Below, piece by piece: positions 52,322 to 64,000 of a stretch of DNA of 64,000 bases; positions within the stretch are counted from its first letter, which is position 1; the number at the start of each line of letters is the position of its first letter. The notes beneath the pieces were generated by a model. The model had not been told where the DNA came from. It worked only from the letters and a program-made list of their open reading frames with translations, and made no database searches. This stretch comes from the human T2T-CHM13v2.0 reference genome, Homo sapiens: the NCBI RefSeq assembly GCF_009914755.1, contig NC_060926.1. The stretch is one strand, 5' to 3'. The position numbers and the translations under genes are program-made.

Positions 52322-53324
52322 CCACTTCACTACCTTTTTGGATGTACATTGGGCATATGTAGCTTATTGAAAAAAGCAGAATCATTCAACAATTTTGTAA
52401 TTTTATCTGAAGGTATAAGTATTTTCACAGTGTAAGTATTAAACATGAATTTTGTTGTTTGGAGTAGTTTGTTCATTGCTTGGATGTTTACCCAGAATAT
52501 TAGTTTGGGATGTTAATATTATTTTCATGAGGACTTAATTTATATAGAGTAGCTACGGTCTATCATTTAATTCAATTACATAGTTAAAAGTCTAGGCTTA
52601 CTATAATTTTCACATAGACAAATTAGGCACCGTTGTATTCAGATTAAGCTATTAGTTATTTTATATATTTTAGAAACTAGTTTTTTCATACTAGTTATCC
52701 AATTACTAAAATAATGATCGTGAAGACCATTTATGAATTGCATTTGAGCAAAACATTTAAGATTTAAAACAACCCTTTCATATATTAAAATATCTTTTAA
52801 AAATGTTGTTAAAGTATTTACAACAGATACAAACTGGTGATTCCATCTAGAGTACATTTTTAATAGTTAGAGAAATCTAAAAGGATCCTGTAGCTTAGTG
52901 AATACATTCTCATTCAATCAGGTAGAAACCAATTTTAAACAATGTATTTAGTTCTGGTTCTCAAAATATAGAATTATTTTCCAGAGAAGAGATATTTAAC
53001 ATCACTATGTAAAGATAAGTGGTGGCAGCTATTCTGTACTTTTAAAACTCTATGTGTGTATATATGGTAAAAGCAACTTGATGTCATCTTGTGTGATTGT
53101 GTTAACAGAATATTATAAAAATCTACCTTTAGATTTAGCCAATTAAGTAATCAAATCATGAATTAATAGGAAAAACATCCAATTGCTTCTTTAAAATATA
53201 TAGACTCTTCTAAAATGAGGTTGAATTTATTGTGTGGAATATAAATGCAGAACATACAGAAAGCTTTATTAGATTGATTTTTTTCTGTCTTTTTATTAAA
53301 AATTCATTGTAGTTGAAATGATCT

Positions 53325-53500
53325 TGTAGAAAAATACAGGACCTGGAATTTAGAGATTCCTTGTGATGTCACTAACTAGTGTCGTTGAGCAAGTCAGGCC
53401 TCTCTGTCACTTGATTTTCTTATCTCTAAAATAATAATACCGACTTGTCTACCTCAGAATATATCTAAAAGGCATGAGATTAATGCAGTGTGTTATTATT
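53325..53500. mobile_element. MIR
   Basis: gtcactaactagtgtcgttgagcaagtca...ttttcttatctctaaaataataataccgacttgtctacctcaga. Confidence 0.65.
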
Positions 53501-53827
53501 CCTGTTACTATTAACAGTAATAAATACCATCTGCCATAACTGGAATCATTCTCCAGTTCTCTGCTTTGTCACACAAGTCTTCCATGCCACCTGAGAATGA
53601 GTGCTGGGGAGAATCATCTGAAACACTGTTGGGTACATTGATTTATCACTGATTGACTATACGGGAGGTTGCTTTTGTCTCCTGTAGGTTGATATTGTCT
53701 CACCTAGCTTGGTATCTAAAAAGCCCATATGGAAGTGAGTGTTAACCGTTTTCCTTGACACCAGTGACATAATTCTGCTGTGCTAGACTTTGCTGCAAGT
53801 GATTGATCGGCTTCGCTGACTCTTGTG

Positions 53828-54790
53828 GCATTTTATTAAATATAGCGGACCCCTTTCGGTATTGCATTTTATTAAATATAGCAGGCCCCTTTTGGTATCG
53901 CATTTTATTAAATATAGCGGGCCCCTTTTGGTATCGCATTTTATTAAATATAGCGGGCCCCTTTTGGTATCGCATTTTATTAAATATAGCGGACCCCTTT
54001 TGGTATCGCATTTTATTAAATATAGCGGACCCCTTTTGGTATCGCATTTTATTAAATATAGCGGGCCCCTTTTGGTATCGCATTTTATTAAATATAGCGG
54101 GCCCCTTTTGGTATCGCATTTTATTAAATATAGCGGGCCCCTTTTGGTATCGCATTTTATTAAATATAGCGGGCCCCTTTTGGTATCGCATTTTATTAAA
54201 TATAGCGGGCCCCTTTTGGTATCGCATTTTATTAAATATAGCGGACCCCTTTTGGTATCGCATTTTATTAAATATAGCGGACCCCTTTTGGTATCGCATT
54301 TTATTAAATATAGCGGGCCCCTTTTGGTATCGCATTTTATTAAATATAGCGGGCCCCTTTTGGTATCGCATTTTATTAAATATAGCGGGCCCCTTTTGGT
54401 ATCGCATTTTATTAAATATAGCGGACCCCTTTTGGTATCGCATTTTATTAAATATAGCGGGCCCCTTTTGGTATCGCATTTTATTAAATATAGCGGGCCC
54501 CTTTTGGTATCGCATTTTATTAAATATAGCGGACCCCTTTTGGTATCGCATTTTATTAAATATAGCGGGCCCCTTTTGGTATCGCATTTTATTAAATATA
54601 GCGGGCCCCTTTTGGTATCGCATTTTATTAAATATAGCGGACCCCTTTTGGTATCGCATTTTATTAAATATAGCGGGCCCCTTTTGGTATCGCATTTTAT
54701 TAAATATAGCGGGCCCCTTTTGGTATTGCATTTTATTAAATATAGTGGGCCCCTTTTGGTATTGCATTTTATTAAATATAGCGGACCCCC
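53828..54790. repeat. 36-bp minisatellite (VNTR-like), about 27 units, in MRPS9 intron 2
   Basis: Unit GCATTTTATTAAATATAGCGG(G/A)CCCCTTTTGGTATC; 27 ILLNI motifs in the translated frame; no spacers. Confidence 0.98.
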
Positions 54791-57700
54791 TCCACCTTTG
54801 TGGCACCTGAGTAGATGTAAAAGCAAAAGAGGACAGACAGTGACAACCATTACCAAAGAATTAAAATTATATACTCATATGGTTTTCTGTTTTCATTTAT
54901 GTTTTTTAAACTATTGTTTTTATAAGTGGCTCAGCAGTATATAGCAACTGAAAGAAACACTATGGCTGATGAGTCAGCATTTCCATGCTGCAACAATGGG
55001 TTATTCCTGAAAACAAAAATAATTTATCCAAAATCAAGAAAATATTTTAAGCTTCCTTTGCAATTGCTGTTACATATTTAGAAGTTATAATGGTTTTAAA
55101 ATGTTTGGCTTTTAATATATTAATTAAGACTAGGTGCAGTAGCTTTTCTCTAATTATTTAGTTTGATCAGGAAGTTAGATATTCCACAAAAGTGAATTTT
55201 CCAGATAAGGGAAACCTATTTTTAAGTGTTATTTGTAATGAAAACTACTACCACATACTAAAAACCTTCTATGTTATGTGTGAAGTGCCATCTTGGAGCC
55301 GGATGTACATTGCCACATTTTATCTTTGTAAAAACCTTATGGGATAGGTATCTTTTTTTTTTTTTTTTAACAATACTAAGGCTGTACACTGTTCTTTCTA
55401 CTCTTTCAGATTAATTTTTTAGGTAACATTTTCTAAAATAAATTTCAGTCTCCCCAACCTTATTTAGTAGGATATAGTGAGTATAATTTAACCTTACAGT
55501 GCTTTAGTATTTTCCTTTTTAGTATGTTTGTTAGCCCCTGACTGTGGCTTGTAGAGCACAACTGTCCCTGTGGTGAATGGCTCAGCTATGCTGTATTACT
55601 GATTCTTGTCATCTCCCTTGCTGTCAGGATGTCTTATGTCTACGTGTCTGCCTCTAGCCACCCTCACCTGTCTTCCAACCTTCTGGCATAACTAAACTTG
55701 TTAAGTGTGTGAATTAAAACTAAAAGCCATTGGACTCTGAATGAGGCCCTACGTGCCCCTCCTAGTAAGTAAAATTCATGAATTTATGTCAGCTATTGCA
55801 GTTCTTTATAGGTCTTTTTCATTGATTTCCAGTTTTACAACTTTACTTCAGAGGGTTAAGTTTGAATAGAAATCTGGCCTTGCTGAATACAGCATATATA
55901 ATTTATGTATGAAAATTACACCTAGCTAATGTAATATACTAGTGCTTCCTTAATAAGGTTTATTAAAGAGTACAATGTGAGTTGGTAAAAAGGAATAAGA
56001 TGGATAAAATTTTTTAATAAAAATAATTCTGCTTGTCACTAGTGGTACTTATTTTAAAGTTTTATCACTTAGAAGATTTATCATTATTAAGGCTACAGGA
56101 TTCTATATATTTCAGAATTTTTTTTTCCAGAATTAGCTCAAATTGGTGCTCGACCTTTTTATTAAGTTTACAAGAAAAATATTATCTTATTGGTGAAAAA
56201 GTAAAGTATTATAACTAAAAAGGAATTAGTAATTGGCAGGTATAGAATCTCTTCATTTCAAAGTAGTTTGATTTTTGCCCAGTTTCTTAAATTATATTGA
56301 AACAAAATAAACTACCTATTGTTCTTACCCACTGAACCATGATGGTGCTACTGATAACCTTTAGAAGATCTAACAGGAGGAAGAACGGGTAGCCTCTAAC
56401 AAAATTAGTAGTGTATATGGTGTTATGCTGAAAGTACTTTAAATGCAGGCTAAATATTTAGCAAATAGACCTTAATGCTGTTATCCTCAACTCCTGTTTC
56501 ATCAGTCTTTCACAGGTTACTGCCAAATGTTGATCAGTGTGTAAAAATTTTTTTTTGGCTGTTAACAGTATACATAACTGTTAGGAGGAATCTGTCAGTT
56601 GGAACCTTGAGCTGAGTGAGTCTTGTTGTTTAGTGTAAAGAAAATTTGGTGTGTATGGAAACTGAAGAACTAAGCCCATGAGTGTGTAACAGAGGCAGCA
56701 GAAACAGTTTTCCTTATTGACCCCAAGACTAAAGAACAGTTAGGTGAGTAGTGCAGCAAGTGCCAATGGAACTTTATAGACCTTGTAACATCTCCTTGTG
56801 CTAGAGCAGACGTGGGGTAACAATGATTGCTAACCTGTTTAGTGAAGTTTCTTAATCCTGTCATGTGTACCATCAAAAATTCTTTTACTCAAAATCATAC
56901 TGTAAACACCAAAAAGTTGAGGACCACTGATATTTGCATTTTCCTTTTCCATTGAAGCATGTAGTTGTTATAAAGTTTAGTTGGGAGACCTTTCTGTTAT
57001 ATTGAATATTATGAATACAGACTTGCACTTGCGTTTACTAATGTCTTTATTTGGGAATTAAAAGTTAAGTTCTACATTACTATAGAATTTCAGGAAAAAA
57101 GCCAGCAAATTGATATATAGCACTGCTGAAGTCTACCAATTACTTTTTAATTGGTATTATAGACCTCATTCTGAAACCAGAATGTTTTATTCTCCTAAGT
57201 GTGAATATGCTGTATGAAGTTTCTCTAATTGATTTGCTGTGCCCATTCCATTTGATGTATCATTTTTCACAATATTTCATAATTTGTGCTCACTTCTAAT
57301 GAACAGAGTCGTTAGGACAGGCATGTCTAAGTACAACTGACAGCTAACATTAGGTGCCAGATGCAGTTTATAGAGCTATGTAGAACTGTAGAGAACAGTT
57401 TAAATAAATTAGCACCTGTACATTAGTCTCACTTGCTGGTAATTTATAAGCGAATCAGTAGAGATGACATTTAGGTAAGTCATTGATCAAGTTAACAGCT
57501 GCAAACCCACTGCCCAGCTGGGATGCCTAATTAATAGAGATTGCATTCCTGACCCAGTGCTTCTGGGTTGAGTCTGCAATTCTTTCATACTTTGATTTAA
57601 GTCTAAGAACATACTCAAATACTTTGCCTTCATTTTAGGGAACTGTTGAATATCAGTATTCTAGTTAAAACCTAAAAATGGAAGAAACATGTTTACTAAT

Positions 57701-57811
57701 GAGGATTACCTTACTCCATTTCTTATTTGGATTAAATTTTTAAAATTTGCATTCTTACTTTTTCTTTCTTTTCTCTCAGCACTTTTTGTTTTGGATTCAC
57801 ATTAAGTATAG

Positions 57812-58132
<321 letters not shown>

Positions 58133-59174
58133 AGTTTAATGAGTTTCTAAAGAGTTCTGTACTTACTAAATATATGCTCCATTTTTTCTTTTGGAAAAAG
58201 CATGGTTTTTTGCTTTTGTTCTGTGGGGTTTTTTTTTTTTTTTTGGTGACCAACCAACCATTGAACCTAAATTATATGTGTAACAATTTCTTAAAGTGTA
58301 ACGTTAGTTTGAAACACCTAACAACTTTGCCAAGTTAAATTTCATACCAATTTTAGAATTGAATATGGGAAATTTTAAGCTACCACTTATTTTGGGAAAA
58401 TGCCTTTTGTTTTCTATTCCTGTGGCAGATTTTCTTCTGAGTGAATTTAAAACTGAAAGATTAGGACATCGGCAACCTTAAAGAGTAAGGTGATGATTTT
58501 TGTATGTAGTTGAGCTGTATGGACGTGGATGGTGAGGATGTTTGAATACTAGTGTGTTTACTAGAGGCACCACCAAAATCTGGTTCTTAGACTGGGAAAA
58601 AGGTATCTTAAAACACTAATGCTAAACCAAATACAAACCCAAATACCTGGCTAGCAGGATTGTTTTGAAGCTTATGGAAAAACCATTAACTGAGTCCCAA
58701 TTGATACATATGTTTTCATTTTTTGTTTTTTTTGGTTTTTTTTTGTGGAAGGGTTGGGTATTTCTTAGTTTAAATAATAATTTTTCATGAAGGTTGGTTT
58801 AGGAGTGAAAAGGTGTTTATTTCAGATAATTATGAAATTTCTGTTAATTCTGTCATGGTTGGTAAACTTGTCCAAGTGGGCCAAACCACAATTTGGATGT
58901 GAAATGCCAATTTTCCTTTAATTGTAAGATGCTTGGGGGCCCAAACCACTTGCTGGCACTTTTTTTCTAGTGCCTAGTAAGTGCCACACACGTTCTGGGG
59001 CCAATGAACACTGACAGTGAACAGATAGGTTAACATTAACAGAGAGTCTTTTCCTCACCACCTTCCCCCAGTGATTTTCTGGTTGACCTAATTTTACCTT
59101 TCATAATATTTAAATTTTGCATTATTTTTCATGCTAATATAGATGTTTCTGAATCACATAACAGGAAAACTGCT

Positions 59175-59199
59175 AAAAAAAAAAAAAAAAAAAAAAAAA
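59175..59199 (+). repeat. Isolated A25 tract
   Basis: Read directly; no adjacent Alu/L1 body or TSD seen. Confidence 0.9.
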
Positions 59200-59388
59200 G
59201 ACCCTGAAGTATTCTAACATTTTATTTGCCTTCATGGTTCTCATTTTCTTTTCTTATATTTCTGAGCCTTCCCCAACCACATCTTTGCCCTAATCTAAAA
59301 TTTTTTGTGAAGTAGCCCTATTACCCCAACCATTTTTGTTACTTATTCTTTGTAATTATCTTATTTGAAATACCCTCCTTAGTGTTAA

Positions 59389-59852
<464 letters not shown>

Positions 59853-59990
59853 TAAGAACAAAGTTGTCTACCATTTGCAATGAGAACTTGGGAAAGTCTC
59901 TTGAGGCATTGGCATTTGAGAGAAATAGATAGAGGAAGCCAAAGAGCAAATTACTGGGGGTAAGAGTAAAGATGAAAAGTTAAATATCGT

Positions 59991-60268
59991 GCCAGGTGCG
60001 GTGGCTCACGCCTGTAATCCCAGCACTTTGGGAGGCCGAGGCGGGCAGATCACGAGGTCAGGAGATCGAGACCATCCTGGCTAACACCGTGAAACCCTGT
60101 CTCTACTAAAAATACAAAAAATTAGCCGGGCATGGTGGTGAGTGCCTTTAGTCCCAGCTACTCAGGACTTGAGGCAGGAGAATGGCGTGAACCCGGGAGG
60201 CGGAACTTGCAGTGAGCCGAGATCGCATCACTGCACTCCAGCCTGGGCGACAGAGCAGGACTCTGTCT

Positions 60269-60298
<30 letters not shown>
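59991..60298 (+). mobile_element. AluY with a long pure A tail
   Basis: gatcacgaggtcaggagatcgagaccatcctggctaacac and gaatggcgtgaacccggg; TSD aaaagttaaatat(c/t)gt. Confidence 0.95.
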
Positions 60299-60305
<7 letters not shown>

Positions 60306-61789
60306 AAATATTGTATTGGAAGGGCTTGAGCAAATGCCTTTCTACTGAAATAAACCTCAAGTTACAATGCCCTAACAGACCAGCTTACAGGCAGTCAAAA
60401 CTAAAACAGTCGGATGTGTGGCACTGAGCTGGTTTTGCGTAGCCTGGCTTTGAATTAGGTCTGCATAATCGTGGTCAAAGAAGTTGAAATCTTAACATTG
60501 GGCCTTGGGTGGGAAGGCAATCTGAGAGGAAGAAAGCTGGAAAGCTGTTGTGCTCCCTGAGTGGGCCTTGCTGCTGCTACAGGGGTAGTATGGGGTGAGC
60601 TTCTTCATACCTGCGGCAGAGACTCCAGTGACAAGAGACAGCAGTAACTTCAGCAAGACAGTGCTAGTAAGATTATGCCTGGCGCTGAAATGCAGACTGC
60701 AGCAGATGCATTTTGATGTTTTTCTGACACACAGAATTTCCAGTAGTGCATCACTACCCGCAGCAGGTTTAGAGAGAAAGGTGATAGTGCCCCATTCCTC
60801 CCCACCATCCCTGCTTTTATAATGGTGATGGGGAAGAGTTATTCCAGAACTGGACTGAAAGTTGCACTGCCTGGGGGGAGGAGCACTGGGGACAGTATTC
60901 CCTGGAGGGCACGTTGCAAGTAAGATACTGTTCGTATGGGTGCTTAGAGAGGACATTATTCCTTCAGGTGGACCCTCCTAGAACGTAAGATGGAGGTCTG
61001 TGCTTGTCATTTTGCTTTGTTGGTTTTTCTTGCTTATGCTTTGTTCTAGGAGAAAGAAACTGCAAAAACAAGCAGAAAAGGTTTTCAGTATTTGTCACAA
61101 CTTGATATTTATATGTTTTGCTTTCTAGTAGCAAGTTAAAATTAACTATGATTCAAATGAACAACAAAGGATAGGGGGAAAACTGGAGCTGATCCAGTAA
61201 GGACCTCTGAATGAATACAGACTACAAGAAGTCTGATTGGGAAAGTGAAGGCTTTTGTAATATTACTCTCATTTTTACTCCATATACACACTTCTGTTAC
61301 ACACACACACACACTCTCTCTGTCTGTCTTTCTCTCTTACATTTTCCTACTCCTTCTTGTATGTAAATATTTCCACCCACATACCCAACTTTGAAGTCCA
61401 GGCTGAATGAAATAGGGTATCTAAACCCAGTTCTCTTACCTTTACTCTTTAAGATAGTAAAGTTAGGCTATCATGCTTAGTAGCAGAGGGTCTCTGTAGT
61501 GTTAAGAGATGTCAGGAAACGCAGCCTTACAGATGGTTGTCTTGTTACTGAGTTACCCGTCCAAGCCCTCAAGGAATCGAGTCATAGATCTAAGTACTGA
61601 AACACTGCTTCCAGCCTTTTCACTTCACAGGAGATAAAGTTAGGAATGGCCGTTATTACCAGCTTTGTCGTAGAAATCCTCTATTTGGAGACTACTTGGT
61701 TGTTAATATTCTGTCTTGTAACAATAGATATGTGTTTGTTAATTTAGACCAATAACATTACATTACAGACTTTAACCTTGTAACCGTTT

Positions 61790-62035
61790 AATGAAGTTTA
61801 AAAAACCTTGCTGAAATACACCTCAGTAACATTAGTACGGTGCTGAGTTGCATGATTAAAATTAATTGGCAGTAAATAAAATGGAATTGATAGTAAATAA
61901 AATGAAAATTTACTTCCTCAGTTGCACCAAGCACATGTCAGTGAGCGTAGTAGCCACATAGGCTACTGGCTGTCATTTTGAACAGCACAGATTATATAGA
62001 GTATTTCCATTATCAGAGGAAGTTCTACTGGACAT
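61790..62035. mobile_element. MER33/MER3-like hAT-Charlie fragments
   Basis: aaaatttacttcctcagttgcaccaagcacatgtcagtg...tagccacataggctactggct...ttgaacagcacag. Confidence 0.65.
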
Positions 62036-62285
62036 GTTAGGATTGCGCCCTTCATTTCTTCCCAAGTAAGAATTTATAATTTTTGCTTTGTGTTACTTAC
62101 AAGAAAGATAATACTTGGAAGTATAAGTAATATTTGTTTGCAGTTTGTATTTTGTCTTTCATTGAAACAATTAAAAACACCTGAAGAATTGGCTTCGAAA
62201 ACAGTTCAAAAATACTACAAAAGAGAAAATAGAAATTTAGAAGTATAGAACATGGTTGCTTCTTTTATCTGAATAAAACAGCAAT

Positions 62286-62455
62286 GGGCAAGGTGCCGTG
62301 GCACATGCTGTAGTCTCAGCTCCTTGGGCGTCTGAGGCAGGAGGATTTCTTGAGCCCAGGAGTCAAGGCTGTAGTGCGCCATGATCACATCTGTGAATAG
62401 CCACTGCTCTCCTGGGCAACATAGTAAGACCCAGTCTCTAAAAAACAAACAAAAA
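62286..62455 (+). mobile_element. FAM (fossil Alu monomer)
   Basis: FAM-type segment gctgtagtgcgccatgatcacatctgtgaatagccactgc followed by ctgggcaacatagtaagaccc. Confidence 0.8.
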
Positions 62456-62619
62456 TTTATTAAAACAATCACAAATTATAGAAGAACAAAAGGTTATATG
62501 ACTTTTATGTGTATATACATATGTATTTATGTATTAACATGTATGTTGCATGGATGTTGGAACCAGAATTGAGAAATATCAAAACACTCTAATCTAATAG
62601 CAACAGCAGTAAATACTAA

Positions 62620-63000
62620 TTTGTGTACTTTTTCTTATGAAAACTTTCATTCATACAGAAAAAGAGAATGTCTGTCACCTGGATTAACTTCTTAACATTT
62701 TGCTATATTTGCTTCAACTGTATGTTTTTTGGCTGCACTATTTTATTTTAAAGTAAAATACAATTGCAAACATCATGATGCTTCACTCTTAAATACGTCT
62801 TCAAAAAATTAGGACATCTGCTTATATAACCGCAATATCACTATCACATCTAAGAAAATTAATCTGAATATAGTCTATAGCAGGAGGTAGAAAATTTTAT
62901 CTATGAGTTTGTATTTACATTTCCCTAGTTGTCTATAGAAGAGTTCTTATAGTTGGTTCTCTCAAGGGCTCTGCAATCCATTTGGTTGTTGATTTATTCT
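62620..63000 (-). mobile_element. L1MC4/5-like 3' fragment
   Basis: ttaacattttgctatatttgctt...tataaccgcaatatcactatcacatctaagaaaattaa. Confidence 0.6.
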
Positions 63001-63149
63001 TTGAGTATCTGCTGTGTTCTAATTCTGAAGTGAGAAATTATTGACTAAGACAAGGTCCTTTGCCTTCAAAAACACACCTGCAGACACGACCGAGGTAAAA
63101 TCAAAGATTTGGCAACAGCACATAGGAGAAAGAAGAACTGGTAGAAAGC

Positions 63150-63990
63150 AAAATAAGTTATTTGAGGAACAGTTTTGGATGTGCTGTTTGGATACATAAA
63201 GGGAAAAATCCCTAAAGCAATTGACAAATAGTTTAGAACTACGGAAATAGATTTGGTCTCTCTCCCTACAGAAATTTGCTAGAAAGGAAGAGAATCAAAG
63301 ATGGAACTCTGAGGAAGCAGCACTTAAGGGATGAGCAGAGGTGTGTTTAGGAGAGATCAAGAGGAAACTTTCAGAGAGGTAGGAGGGGAATGTGGCTGCA
63401 AGAAGGAAGGGAGACAGCGGTCTCATATGGATGAGACCCGAAAGTAGGTCACAGGGTTTGGAAAAAGCCCTCAGTGACCCTTGACAAAGTAATTACAGGA
63501 CCAGAATATGGCTAGGCCAGATTGAAATCTGGGGAAGAAAGCAGTGGGTACTTCAGGGAGTGGGTGGATGCTTCTCAGGACAGGAATGTGAGAATTGAGT
63601 TGTTTATGGGCCTAGATGCCACCAGGAGCACAGTCTTGTTTAGATGGATGCTTCACATGATCCTTGAGGTTGCTCACAAATGTGGCATCATTGGTATGGA
63701 AAAGAGAAAGGTGGGCCTCACCCCTTTGTGAGTGCTGTGAGCGATGTGGACGCTGAAGGCAGTGACAAGGATGGGGAGGGAACGGAATGGCCAGATGGTG
63801 TGGACCTTGAAAGAGGCTCGTTCTCTGTTTGACTAAGGTGACACTAAGAGAAGTAATGGAGAGCCCAGTGGAATAGGGAGGACTTCCAGACAAGGCTGCA
63901 TTTGGTCTACAATCTTGAAAGATCTTGAAAGACAAACAGCAATGTGTTAAGTGGAGAAGTAGAACAACAGTATTCCAGGCAGACAAAACA
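63150..63990 (-). mobile_element. Degenerate L2 fragments
   Basis: Purine-rich L2-like motifs (cagttttggatgtgctg, agtgacccttgacaaagtaatt, gccagattgaa). Confidence 0.5.
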
Positions 63991-64000
63991 ATTTGCAAAG

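Noticed and set aside
53828-54790. CRISPR array (36-bp repeat length resembles type II repeats)
   Set aside because: Units are head-to-tail with no unique spacers, there are no cas genes, and the context is a human intron; it is a minisatellite
53742-54944. Four 335-373 aa ORFs as protein-coding genes
   Set aside because: They arise from a 36-bp unit lacking stops in four frames, the listed starts are TTG/GTG, and there is no domain similarity; one ATG version is kept only as a low-interest finding
57319-57328. p53 response element (AGGCATGTCT)
   Set aside because: Only one half-site, with no adjacent second decamer
59175-59199. A25 tract as a processed-pseudogene tail or true poly(A) site
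   Set aside because: No upstream retrocopy body, TSD or nearby AATAAA; it would mainly cause oligo-dT internal priming artefacts
60492-60956. 154-aa minus-strand ORF in intron 2
   Set aside because: Low-complexity Ser/Pro/Leu composition, no homology I recognise, antisense within an intron

Overview
Primate (almost certainly human) genomic DNA holding the 5' part of MRPS9, the mitochondrial small-subunit ribosomal protein uS9m, on the + strand. From memory of this locus it lies at 2q12.1, near POU3F3; I cannot check that here. A CpG-island promoter sits at about 36.9-37.75 kb. Coding exon 1 is 37353-37487, exon 2 is 48430-48609, and intron 2 runs off the right edge. The upstream 37 kb has no protein-coding gene and is dominated by L1, Alu, MaLR/ERV LTRs and DNA-transposon fossils, with a few unique blocks rich in TALE/bHLH motifs. 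Almost every ORF in the supplied track is a repeat artefact. The most unusual element is a very homogeneous 27 x 36-bp minisatellite in intron 2 (53828-54790). Each unit carries a perfect MEF2 consensus, ATTAAA on the sense strand and AATAAA on the antisense strand, and the array lies just downstream of a candidate cryptic exon and PBX-HOX-like sites. Other notable structures are a twin-primed L1PA3, a templated fold-back insertion in an old L1, a five-element nested TE cluster, a triple TGACAGCT cluster and antisense splice donors at the promoter. I found no tRNA, rRNA, CRISPR array or prokaryote-type system, and no evidence of a wholly new biological system; the regulatory ideas below are hypotheses. 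Repeat subfamily names come from recalled consensus sequences, and boundaries without a TSD are approximate.
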